Below are positions 9,679 through 17,815 of a DNA stretch of 53,843 bases, one piece after another (the first letter of the stretch is position 1; each line of letters opens with the position of its first letter). Source of the DNA: Gammaproteobacteria bacterium (lineage in GTDB: Bacteria > Pseudomonadota > Gammaproteobacteria > Steroidobacterales > Steroidobacteraceae). The stretch is from contig DAIDKA010000237.1 in assembly GCA_027451085.1 (NCBI GenBank), forward strand, positions 1 to 53,843, in the 5' to 3' direction. Under the pieces are notes generated by a model. The model was not told the DNA's origin and searched no databases. It saw only the letters and a list, made by a program, of their open reading frames with translations. A program made the position numbers and the translations under genes.

Positions 9679-10425
9679 CTACACCTCGATCTTGTTGAAC
9701 CGCCAGGCACCCACGAGCATCAGCACCACGCCCACGCAGGCCAGCACCACGGCATCGAGTGCGGCGCCGAAATGCGTGCGCCCTATCAGCATGGCGCGCA
9801 TGCCGTCGACACCGTAGCTCAATGGATCGATCCGGGTCAGCAGCGCGAGGAAGGGTGGCAGGTTGTCCAGCGGGTACAGCGCGCCGGACAGGAAGAACAA
9901 CGGCAGCACCAGGAAGTTCATCACCATCTGGAAGCCCTGCATGTCCTTGAGGGTGGAACCGATGGCCGTGCCGGCTGCGGCGAACACCACCGCCGTGAGC
10001 GCCAGGAAGGCGATGCCCACCGGCACCAGGCCCAAGTTCACCGGCCGGAAGCCCGCGATCACGCACACCACGGCCACTAGCAGACCCTGCAGCAGCGCCA
10101 CCGTGGCTGAGCCCCCCGCCCGCCCGATCATCACCTGCACGCGCGGTACGGGGGCGACCAGCGTCTCCTTCAGGAAGCCGAACTGACGGTCCCATAGCAA
10201 CGCGATGCCGGAGAACATGGAGGAGAAGAGAACCGTCATGGCGATGACGCCCGGGGCCATGAACTGCAGGTAGCTGCCGTTGCCGGAGTTGCGGAACACC
10301 GGTCCCAGGCCGAAGCCCAGCGCTACGAGGTAAAGCACGGGCTGCCCCAGCGAGGCGATGATCTGCGCGCGCGAGCGGGTGTAGCGCTTCAGTTCGCGCA
10401 GCCACAGGATGTAGATCGCGTGCAT
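9679..10425 (-). CDS. ABC-2 type transporter permease
   Basis: ATG 10425 overlaps the ATPase stop as TGATG (alternative GTG at 10440). The N-terminus IYILWLRELKRYTRSRAQII is ABC-2 type, and six hydrophobic segments follow. Confidence 0.8.
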   Translation of the reverse strand: MHAIYILWLRELKRYTRSRAQIIASLGQPVLYLVALGFGLGPVFRNSGNGSYLQFMAPGVIAMTVLFSSMFSGIALLWDRQFGFLKETLVAPVPRVQVMIGRAGGSATVALLQGLLVAVVCVIAGFRPVNLGLVPVGIAFLALTAVVFAAAGTAIGSTLKDMQGFQMVMNFLVLPLFFLSGALYPLDNLPPFLALLTRIDPLSYGVDGMRAMLIGRTHFGAALDAVVLACVGVVLMLVGAWRFNKIEV

Positions 10426-11213
10426 CAGCGGCGGCTCCACATGCGGGCGGCCTGGCGCATGCGGTCGGCGGCGCCTGCGGTTTCCTCGCGGATGGCGGTA
10501 CCGGTCAGGGCGAGGAACGCGCCCTCCAGCGACTCTTTGCCGGTCTGTTCCTTCAATTGTGCCGAGGACCCGACTGCAACGATCCTGCCGTGGTCGATGA
10601 CTGCGATGCGCGAGGCCACGCGGTCGGCCTCATCCATGTAGTGCGTGGTCAGGAACACCGTCAGCCCCTCGGTGGCGTTCAGATGCTGGACATGCGTCCA
10701 CAGATGGTTGCGGCTCTGCGGGTCCAGGCCCAGCGTGGGTTCGTCGAGGAACAGGATGCGCGGCGTGTGCAGCAGGCCGCGGGCGATCTCAAGCCGGCGT
10801 TTCATGCCGCCGGAGAAGGTTTTCACCATGCTGTCCTTGCGCTCCCACAGCTCGAAGGTCCGCATGAGCTGTTCCATGCGCTCATGCCGCAGCCTGCGAG
10901 GCACGTGGTACAGCACGCCATGCAGGTCCATGTTCTCCCAGGCCGACAGCTCCTGGTCGACGCTGGGATCCTGGAACACGATGCCGAAGCGCTTGCGTAC
11001 TTCGTTGTGCTGTCGCACCGGGTCCAGGCCATCCATGCTGATGCTGCCGCTGCTTGGTTTCAGCAGGGTGGTCAGCATCTTGATGGTGGTGGTCTTGCCG
11101 GCGCCATTGGGACCGAGGAACGCGAAGATCTCGCCTTTGGCCACCTCGAAGGAGATGTCGTCCACCGCCTTGAAGTCACCATAGAGCTTTGAAAGGTGTT
11201 CGACCTTGATCAT
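10425..11213 (-). CDS. ABC transporter ATP-binding protein (DrrA/ABC-2 exporter type)
   Basis: It has Walker A (GPNGAGKTT), a Q-loop, the signature FSGGMKRRLEIA, Walker B (ILFLDEPT) and an H-loop (LTTHYMDEA). Confidence 0.9.
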   Translation of the reverse strand: MIKVEHLSKLYGDFKAVDDISFEVAKGEIFAFLGPNGAGKTTTIKMLTTLLKPSSGSISMDGLDPVRQHNEVRKRFGIVFQDPSVDQELSAWENMDLHGVLYHVPRRLRHERMEQLMRTFELWERKDSMVKTFSGGMKRRLEIARGLLHTPRILFLDEPTLGLDPQSRNHLWTHVQHLNATEGLTVFLTTHYMDEADRVASRIAVIDHGRIVAVGSSAQLKEQTGKESLEGAFLALTGTAIREETAGAADRMRQAARMWSRR

Positions 11214-11427
11214 TCTTCCCCTCCTTAGATGACGCAGCTTACGCCGTGATCTTCGTCCCCAGTACTGCCAGAAACTGCGCCAGCCATGCCGGGTGTGCCG
11301 GCCAGGCCGGGACCGTCACCAGGTTGCCATCGGTGACTGCCTGGTCATGGTCACCGGCCAGCAGCGGAATTTTCCCGAGTATACTTTCGCCCCTGAAGCG
11401 GCGTTGCCGCACTCTCGGACATCAATA

Positions 11428-13296
11428 ATGAACTACCGGACCCCCGGCCGCATTGCCGGCCTGTTGCTGTTGAACGCCGCCCTGCTGACGGCGGTGCAGG
11501 CTCAAACCCCGGCCGTCAAGGCCCAGGGCGAGGCCGTCTTCAAGCGTATCTGTTCGGTCTGCCACCTGAGCCTGGTGGCCACCGGTCATGGCGCTCCTCC
11601 GGGTCCGGATGCGCACGCCATTCCGCGCGAGCTGCTGCACCGCTTCTCCCCGGAGCAGGTGGTCACCGCCCTGACCAGCGGCAAGATGCAGGCCCAGGGT
11701 TCGACCCTCACCGCAGATGAGAAAAAGGCTGTCGCCCAGTACGTCACTGGACAGGCCCTGGGCGCAACCCACCAGGTGCTGGAAGTCGGTCCCGGAAAGC
11801 TGTGCGAAAACGTCGCTCCCATGGGTGACCCTGCCTCTGGTCCATCCTGGAACGGCTGGGGTAACGGCCCGCAGAACCTGCGCGTGCAGTCGAAACTGGC
11901 CGGTGGCCTTACCGCGGCGGACCTGCCGCACCTGCGGCTCAAGTGGGCGTTCGGCTATGCCAACGTTTCTGCGGCGCGCACCCAGCCCGCGATCGTCGGC
12001 GGCCGCCTGTTCACCGCCTCGGACAACGGTGCGGTGTACGCCCTGGACCCCAGGACTGGCTGTACTTACTGGATGTTCAAGGCCCGGTCCGGCGTGCCCA
12101 CGGCGCTGCGCGTGGCGCCCTACAAGGGTGGCCAGGCGCTGCTGTTCGGCGACCGCAAGGCCAATGCCTATGCCGTGGACGCCAATACCGGCAAGTTGCT
12201 GTGGATCGTGAAGGTGGAGGCGCATCCCAACGCCGCCATCACCGGCGGTGCGGCCTTCTACGCAGGCAAGGTCTTCATTCCCGTGCAAGGCGTGGGTGAG
12301 GAAGGGGCGGGCATCCACTCCAAGGCCGGCTGCTGCACGCTGCGCGGCAGCGTATCGGCCATCGACATTGATACCGGCAAGGTCTTGTGGAAGAGCTGGA
12401 CAGTGCTGCAGCAACCGAAGCTGCGAGGCAGGACCAAGGATGGTGTGCCGGAGTACGGTCCCTCGGGCGTGGGCATCTGGGACTCGCCCACGGTGGATGC
12501 CAGGCGCGGCGTGATCTACGTGGCCACCGGCAACGCCTACTCCGAGCCGGCGCAGCCGTGGAGCGATGCGGTGCTGGCCATGGACATGGCTACGGGCAAG
12601 GTGCGGTGGGCCAGCCAGGTGCTGCCGGACGACATCTGGGCCATGGGTTGTGCGGCGACCAACCCGGCCGATTCCGGCTGCCCCAAGACCCTGGGGCCTG
12701 ACTACGACTTCTCTGCCTCGCCGGTGCTGGCCAGCGTCAACGGCCGTGACCTGCTGGTTCTGCCGCAGAAGTCGGGTCTGGCGTTCGCCATGGACCCGGA
12801 TCACGAGGGCAGGATCGTCTGGCGGCGCCGCATCGGCCAGGGCAGCGGCCTCGGCGGCCAGTGGGGTGCCGCTGCGATCGACGGCAAAGTGTTCTTCACC
12901 ACCGCGGACGTGCTGGATGCGAAGCAGGGCGGCGTGCATGCCCTGAACCTCGCGGACGGTTCGGTGGTCTGGGCCGCGCCGCCGCCGCGCGGCCTGTGCG
13001 CCGGTCACCTGGGCTGCAACACCGGTCAGGGCGCCGCTCCGACCCTCATCCCGGGTGCGTTGTTGACCAGTTCGATGGATGGCGGCGTGCGCGCCTACTC
13101 GCTCAAGACGGGCAAGGTCATCTGGACACTCGACACCAACCGGGAGTTCAAGACCGTGAACGGGGTGCCGGGCCATGGCGGCAGCCTGGATGGCGGCAGT
13201 GCGGTTGTGGCCGGCGGCATGCTCTTCATCAGTTCGGGTGTCGGCAGCTTCGTGGGCAGCCCCGGCAACGTACTGCTGGCGTACGGACTCGACTGA
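11428..13296 (+). CDS. Heme-c-fused PQQ beta-propeller dehydrogenase (polyvinyl-alcohol-dehydrogenase-like architecture)
   Basis: ATG 11428 (MNYRTPGRIAGLLLLNAALLTAVQA signal peptide). An N-terminal CSVCH lies at 11551-11565. Repeated PQQ-propeller-type blades follow (AVYALDPRTGCTYW, NAYAVDANTGKLLW, VSAIDIDTGKVLW, VLAMDMATGKVRW, VHALNLADGSVVW, VRAYSLKTGKVIW). Confidence 0.75.
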   Translation: MNYRTPGRIAGLLLLNAALLTAVQAQTPAVKAQGEAVFKRICSVCHLSLVATGHGAPPGPDAHAIPRELLHRFSPEQVVTALTSGKMQAQGSTLTADEKKAVAQYVTGQALGATHQVLEVGPGKLCENVAPMGDPASGPSWNGWGNGPQNLRVQSKLAGGLTAADLPHLRLKWAFGYANVSAARTQPAIVGGRLFTASDNGAVYALDPRTGCTYWMFKARSGVPTALRVAPYKGGQALLFGDRKANAYAVDANTGKLLWIVKVEAHPNAAITGGAAFYAGKVFIPVQGVGEEGAGIHSKAGCCTLRGSVSAIDIDTGKVLWKSWTVLQQPKLRGRTKDGVPEYGPSGVGIWDSPTVDARRGVIYVATGNAYSEPAQPWSDAVLAMDMATGKVRWASQVLPDDIWAMGCAATNPADSGCPKTLGPDYDFSASPVLASVNGRDLLVLPQKSGLAFAMDPDHEGRIVWRRRIGQGSGLGGQWGAAAIDGKVFFTTADVLDAKQGGVHALNLADGSVVWAAPPPRGLCAGHLGCNTGQGAAPTLIPGALLTSSMDGGVRAYSLKTGKVIWTLDTNREFKTVNGVPGHGGSLDGGSAVVAGGMLFISSGVGSFVGSPGNVLLAYGLD

Positions 13297-13405
13297 GCAA
13301 AAGCCGAAGCAGGAGCGAACCCTGCGATTGCCGTAAGGCGGGTGTGAGGGCCCTGGAAGGCCCGCATGGATCCCAGGATGGGATTGCCCACCCCGCCGTC
13401 GGCAA

Positions 13406-13424
13406 CGCAGGGGCCGCTCCTGCG
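13406..13424 (-). terminator. Hairpin just downstream of the protease gene stop (weak terminator candidate)
   Basis: CGCAGG (13406-13411) pairs with CCTGCG (13419-13424) across a 7-nt loop. It starts 4 nt after the stop codon at 13428-13430. There is no U-tract. Confidence 0.3.
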
Positions 13425-13427
13425 TAC

Positions 13428-14909
13428 TCAGCCCAGCTGCACCGGCACGAAGATCCGGGCATCCCCGCGCTGGATCAGCAGTGCAAGCGAGTTGGCGTGC
13501 TTGCTGATGATGCCGCGCAGCTGGCTGGCGCTGCTCACCGGCGTACCATCCACCGCCAGCACCACGTCTCCGGGCTGGATGCCAGCCTGTTCCGCCGGTC
13601 CGCTGACCTGCTCCACCATCAGGCCCGCGCTGCCGCCGGTCTGCTGGCGCTCCTGGTCGCTCAACGGCCGCACTGACAGGCCCAGCCGACCCTGGCCTGG
13701 TTCCACGTCGGACACTTTCATGGTCTTGCCGGACATCGCCCCGAGCGTCACGTCCAGGTTGATTGCATGGCCATCGCGCCACAGTTCGACCGTGGCAGGC
13801 TGGCCGGGCTGAGCCATCGATACGGCCGCGGACAGCGATCCGGGATCGCTCACCGGCTTGCCGTTGAACTTCAGGATGACGTCGCCGGCCTTCAGCCCCG
13901 CACGGGATGCGGCGGTGCCGTCCTCCACCTTGGCCACCAGTGCTCCTGCAGGGTTGTCCAGGCCGAAGGACCTGGCCAGCTGCTGGGTCACCGGCTGGAT
14001 GCCCACGCCCAGGCGCGCGTGTTCCGCATGGCCGGTTTTCAGGATTTCATCCTTCACCTGGGCCGCGACCTCGATCGGGATGGCGAACGACAGCCCCTGG
14101 TAGCCGCCGGTGTTGCTGTAGATCTGCGAGTTGATGCCGACCACGTTGCCATGTTCATCAAACAGCGGGCCGCCGGAGTTGCCGGGGTTCACGGCGACAT
14201 CGGTCTGGATGAAGGGCACGGACTGGCTGTCCGGCAGCGAACGACCCTTGGCGCTCACAATGCCTGCCGTGGCCGTTTCCTCCAACCCATACGGCGCACC
14301 GATGGCGAGCACGTAATCGCCCACCTCCAGGTTGTCTGTCGAGCCGATACGCACCACCGGCAGGTTTTTGGCGTCGATCTTCAACACCGCAACGTCGGTG
14401 GTGGTGTCGATGCCCAGCACCTTGGCCGTATATTCGCGGTGGTCGGACAGCGTCACAGTCACCTTGGTTGCGCCTTTCACCACGTGTGCATTGGTGAGGA
14501 TCAGCCCATCCGGACGGACGATGAAGCCCGAGCCCAGTGCATGCATCGGTGGCGCATTGCGTTGCTGCCGGGGCATGTTGCCGAAGAAGCGGAAGAACGG
14601 ATCATCGCCGAAGGGCGAGTCCTGGTCGGGCCGACCCTGATCCTGATCCTGGTCATCGCCGCTTTCCATCGCCCCCGCCGGCGCCACAACGGTGATGCCG
14701 ACGACGGCGGCGCGATTGGCCGCGACGATGGCGCGATAATTGGGCGCGGTCGTGAAGGGAATGGGCGCGGGGCTGGCGGCCGGCGCCGCGACTGCGGCAG
14801 GTGGCGCTCCCCCGGCCGGAGCCGAATTGGCGGCCGAGCAGGCGGCCAGGGAGCCGCAGCCCAGGATGCTGCCGACTGCCAGAGTCAGGGCGGAATGCTT
14901 CACTCGCAT
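13428..14909 (-). CDS. Do/DegP/DegQ family periplasmic serine endoprotease
   Basis: It has a signal sequence (MRVKHSALTLAVGSILGCGSLAAC) and a trypsin-fold core (TNAHVV, DVAVLKI, GNSGGPLF). Two PDZ-like segments follow (GALVAKVEDGTAASRAGLKAGDVIL; GLMVEQVSGPAEQAGIQPGDVVL). Confidence 0.9.
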   Translation of the reverse strand: MRVKHSALTLAVGSILGCGSLAACSAANSAPAGGAPPAAVAAPAASPAPIPFTTAPNYRAIVAANRAAVVGITVVAPAGAMESGDDQDQDQGRPDQDSPFGDDPFFRFFGNMPRQQRNAPPMHALGSGFIVRPDGLILTNAHVVKGATKVTVTLSDHREYTAKVLGIDTTTDVAVLKIDAKNLPVVRIGSTDNLEVGDYVLAIGAPYGLEETATAGIVSAKGRSLPDSQSVPFIQTDVAVNPGNSGGPLFDEHGNVVGINSQIYSNTGGYQGLSFAIPIEVAAQVKDEILKTGHAEHARLGVGIQPVTQQLARSFGLDNPAGALVAKVEDGTAASRAGLKAGDVILKFNGKPVSDPGSLSAAVSMAQPGQPATVELWRDGHAINLDVTLGAMSGKTMKVSDVEPGQGRLGLSVRPLSDQERQQTGGSAGLMVEQVSGPAEQAGIQPGDVVLAVDGTPVSSASQLRGIISKHANSLALLIQRGDARIFVPVQLG

Positions 14910-14976
14910 GGTTGTCTCCTCGCGCCGGTCCGGCGCCTCGTGGGAGACACTGTGTACCGCGAGGCTTAAAGCAACC

Positions 14977-16299
14977 TTAAAGCAGGTCCTGGGAGCGCGG
15001 GAAGGTCACCGTCACGCGCAGTCCATGAGGCGAGGCGTCAGCCAGTTCCACGCGCGCGCGGTGGCGGCGGGCGATGGCACTGACGATTGCCAGGCCCAGT
15101 CCGGTGCCACCTTCACCGCAGTTCTCGCGGCGATAGAAGCGGTCGAACGCGCGTTCACGGTCGGATGCTGGAATGCCCTGCCCCTGGTCCTCGACCACCA
15201 GCTGCGGTGCGCCGTCGGCTGTGCGCTGCACCCGTACACTGACCTGCGATCCGGCGGGCGAGTAGCGCACGGCGTTGTCCACGAGATTGCGCCCCAGTAT
15301 GCGCAGGCTGTCGGCTTCGCCGTTGACCCGGGGCCGGGTGTCCGCAGCCAGTTCCAGCCGAGTGCCGCGCGCATCCGCGAGGGGCTGGGTCTCAGCGATG
15401 GCCTCACCGGCGATGGTGGCAAGGTCCACCGGCATCAGCACGGCGTGTGTCTGTTCCGGCTCGTTGCGCGCCAGCGCCAGCAGCTGCCCCACGAGGTGCG
15501 TGGCGCGGTCGATGGCCGCGCGCAGCCGTTGCCTGGCCAGGTCGGATTCGGCGCTGTCGCGGGCCCGTTCCAGCAGTTGCAGCTGCAGTGACAGTGCTGT
15601 CAGCGGCGAGCGCAGCTCGTGGGCGGCGTCGGCGACGAAGGCGCGCTGACTGGCGAAGGCTGCGGACAGCCGCGCCAGCAGCCGGTTGAGTTCACCGACC
15701 AGCGGCGCGATTTCCACCGGCAGCGGCGGGCCTGCGATTGGCGCCAGGCTGTGTTCGTCACGCTGCTCCACCTCCGCGGTGACCCGGTTGAGCGGACGGA
15801 TGGCGCGATCCACGGCCCACGCGGCTCCCAGCGCCAGCAGCGGCAGCAGCAGCAGCAGCGGCACCAGCACGCGCAGCGCCACGGTGCGAGCCAGTCGCTC
15901 GCGCACGCTCCAGGGTTGGGCCACCTGGATGACCCCGTCCTCGAGGGCAAGGCTGTAAACGCGCCAGCGCTGCTGGCCGAGCGTAAGATCCGAGTACCCG
16001 AGTACGGCCTTGTCGATGAACGGTTGGTCCTCGGGGCCGGAGAAGTAGATCCGCGAACCGAAGATGTCCCAGATCTGGATCACGAAGTCCGAATCCGCCG
16101 GATGCGGCGGCAGCACGATGCCGGCCGCCACGGAGGCTTCGTCGCGCAACGACAGCGCCATCTGCCGCAGCTGGTAGTCGAACAGGCTGGATGTCTCATG
16201 CAGCGCACGGCGGTAGGCGATGCTGCCGGCCAGCAGCGATGCGGCCGTCATCAGCACCAGCAGGGCCAGCATGAGCTGCGAACGGATCGAGCGCATCAC
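14977..16299 (-). CDS. Two-component sensor histidine kinase (QseC/PmrB/TctE-like)
   Basis: Two TM segments bracket a periplasmic region of about 130 aa. It has the H-box FVADAAHELRSPLTAL, the N box LVDNAVRY and the G box GTGLGLAIV. It overlaps the response regulator stop by 4 nt. Confidence 0.85.
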   Translation of the reverse strand: MMRSIRSQLMLALLVLMTAASLLAGSIAYRRALHETSSLFDYQLRQMALSLRDEASVAAGIVLPPHPADSDFVIQIWDIFGSRIYFSGPEDQPFIDKAVLGYSDLTLGQQRWRVYSLALEDGVIQVAQPWSVRERLARTVALRVLVPLLLLLPLLALGAAWAVDRAIRPLNRVTAEVEQRDEHSLAPIAGPPLPVEIAPLVGELNRLLARLSAAFASQRAFVADAAHELRSPLTALSLQLQLLERARDSAESDLARQRLRAAIDRATHLVGQLLALARNEPEQTHAVLMPVDLATIAGEAIAETQPLADARGTRLELAADTRPRVNGEADSLRILGRNLVDNAVRYSPAGSQVSVRVQRTADGAPQLVVEDQGQGIPASDRERAFDRFYRRENCGEGGTGLGLAIVSAIARRHRARVELADASPHGLRVTVTFPRSQDLL

Positions 16300-16964
16300 G
16301 ATTCGGGTGTCCGCGGGATGAAGTAACCCGCCCCACGCTGTGTGCGGATCGTGTCCGCTCCGAGCTTGCGGCGCAGCGCGTGGATATATACCTCGACCGC
16401 ATTGCTTTCTATGGTCCCGCCGAAGCCGTAAAGGCGGTCCTCCAGCGCTGCGCGTGACAGCACCATGCCGGGCCGTTGCAGCAACGCTTCCAGCACCGCG
16501 TACTCCCGCGCCGACAGGTTTACCGGCTGGCCGTCCAGGCTTACCTCGTGGGTGGCGGGATCAAGCCGGATTGCGCCGTGTTCGATCACCGGGCTGCTGC
16601 GTCCCGTGCTGCGTCGCATGGCCGAGCGCATGCGCGCGGCCAGTTCGTCGAGATCGAAGGGCTTCACCAGGTAGTCGTCGGCCCCGCTGTCCAGGCCTGC
16701 AATGCGGCTGGGGACATCGTCACGGGCGGTCAGGATGATCACCGGCGTGGCGTCGTGGCGGGCGCGCATCTCACGCAGCACGCCCAGGCCATCCTTGCGT
16801 GGCAGCCCCAGGTCGAGCAGCACGATGTCGAAGCGGGAAGTGCGCAGCGCGGTGGTGGCGGCCATGCCGTCGCCAACGAGGTCTGCCGCGTGGCCGTCCT
16901 GGAGCAGCGCCGTGCGCACCGCCTCGGCGATCATGGGGTCGTCTTCCACCAGCAGCACACGCAT
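16296..16964 (-). CDS. OmpR/PhoB-family response regulator
   Basis: I chose ATG 16964 (MRVLLVEDD...); the track ORF starts at TTG 16985. It has a receiver domain (DIVLLDLGLP, ILTAR, KPF) and a winged-helix output domain (VEVYIHALRRKLG, RGAGY). Confidence 0.9.
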   Translation of the reverse strand: MRVLLVEDDPMIAEAVRTALLQDGHAADLVGDGMAATTALRTSRFDIVLLDLGLPRKDGLGVLREMRARHDATPVIILTARDDVPSRIAGLDSGADDYLVKPFDLDELAARMRSAMRRSTGRSSPVIEHGAIRLDPATHEVSLDGQPVNLSAREYAVLEALLQRPGMVLSRAALEDRLYGFGGTIESNAVEVYIHALRRKLGADTIRTQRGAGYFIPRTPES

Positions 16965-17046
16965 GGGACGCAGTCTGGCGGACAAGCCGGGCCGCCGGCA
17001 ACCCGGCCGCCGGTCCGGGCATCCAGACCAGGCGGGCGGGATGGCC

Positions 17047-17730
17047 TTACGCGGACAGATTCAGGGCGTTGCCCAGGCGCTGCTGCGCGCCGCTGGAGAT
17101 GTTGTTCAGGAAGGTGGTCAGCGACGCCGTGGAGGGATTGCCGCCGATCGACGTCACGAGGTTGTTGTAGCTCTGCTGCAGCTGGGTGATCAACGCGTTG
17201 CTGCTGCTGCCTGTGGTCATGCCTGAAGTTGCCGTGGTGGTGGCCGTGGTGGTGGCAGCGGTGCTGGATGCCGTGGTGGTACCGGTGGATGTGGTGCTGG
17301 CGGTGGCGGTGGCGGCGCCGGTGGTGGCGCCCGAAGAGTCCTGGATCTCGGAGATCAGGCTCTGCATGGCGGCTGCCATGCCGCCGCCGCCATGGTGGTG
17401 GCCGCTGTGGTGGCCGTTGACCGTGGTGGCGCTCGGTGTGCCGCTGGAACCACTGGAAGACGCCGAACTCTGCAAGGATGCCTGCGATGCGGTCGTGCCG
17501 GCCGTGTTCTGCGCCTGCAGCGCCGATTCCAGCGTCTGCATGAAGGTCTGCAGGGCCTGTGCCGGATTGCTGAATGAGCCTGACGTGGCGGAGGAGCTTG
17601 CGCTGCTCGCACCGGTGGAGCTTTGTGTCTGGCCGCTGGCGGCGGTCTTGGCGCCGAACAGGCTGAGCATGAAATTCTGCTGCACAGAAGCGTTGGAGAT
17701 CTGGTGCGAAATGCCGTGGATGCTCATCAT
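17047..17730 (-). CDS. Low-complexity Ser/Thr/Gly/Ala/Gln-rich protein with a His-rich patch (harpin-like composition, function unknown)
   Basis: ATG-ATG at 17730/17727 is preceded by GGAG. The protein is 227 aa. By my count it has no Cys, no Trp and only about 5 charged residues. It contains NGHHSGHHHGGGG and short amphipathic Q/L segments (QALQTFMQTLESALQAQ, MQSLISEIQD, ALITQLQQSYNNLV). It is co-directional with the downstream RR-HK-protease genes. Confidence 0.55.
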   Translation of the reverse strand: MMSIHGISHQISNASVQQNFMLSLFGAKTAASGQTQSSTGASSASSSATSGSFSNPAQALQTFMQTLESALQAQNTAGTTASQASLQSSASSSGSSGTPSATTVNGHHSGHHHGGGGMAAAMQSLISEIQDSSGATTGAATATASTTSTGTTTASSTAATTTATTTATSGMTTGSSSNALITQLQQSYNNLVTSIGGNPSTASLTTFLNNISSGAQQRLGNALNLSA

Positions 17731-17815
17731 CGGTCTCCGGGTTCGGGTATGGTGTGACAATAGTCCCGCGGTACGCGCAAAACTGAGCGCTGCGTGGCAT
17801 AAATTCGAGTTGCTG

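Noticed and set aside
11380-11390. The identical 11-mer TATACTTTCGC upstream of both the PQQ/heme gene (11380) and opgG (42361), considered as a possible shared regulatory motif
   Set aside because: A single repeated 11-mer is expected by chance many times among all position pairs in about 54 kb. Each copy may simply be a -10-like TATACT. There is no further shared flanking sequence.
11422-13782. 786-aa ORF on the minus strand
   Set aside because: It is antisense to the well-supported PQQ/heme-c dehydrogenase gene and runs into the degP/Q gene. The product is Arg/Gly/Ala/His-rich with no motifs. This is the typical shadow ORF of high-GC DNA.
17186-17420. Repetitive GGT/GGC-rich DNA, considered as a possible CRISPR or tandem-repeat array
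   Set aside because: It is an imperfect triplet periodicity inside a coding region (Thr/Ala/Ser runs on the minus strand). There is no repeat-spacer architecture and there are no cas genes.
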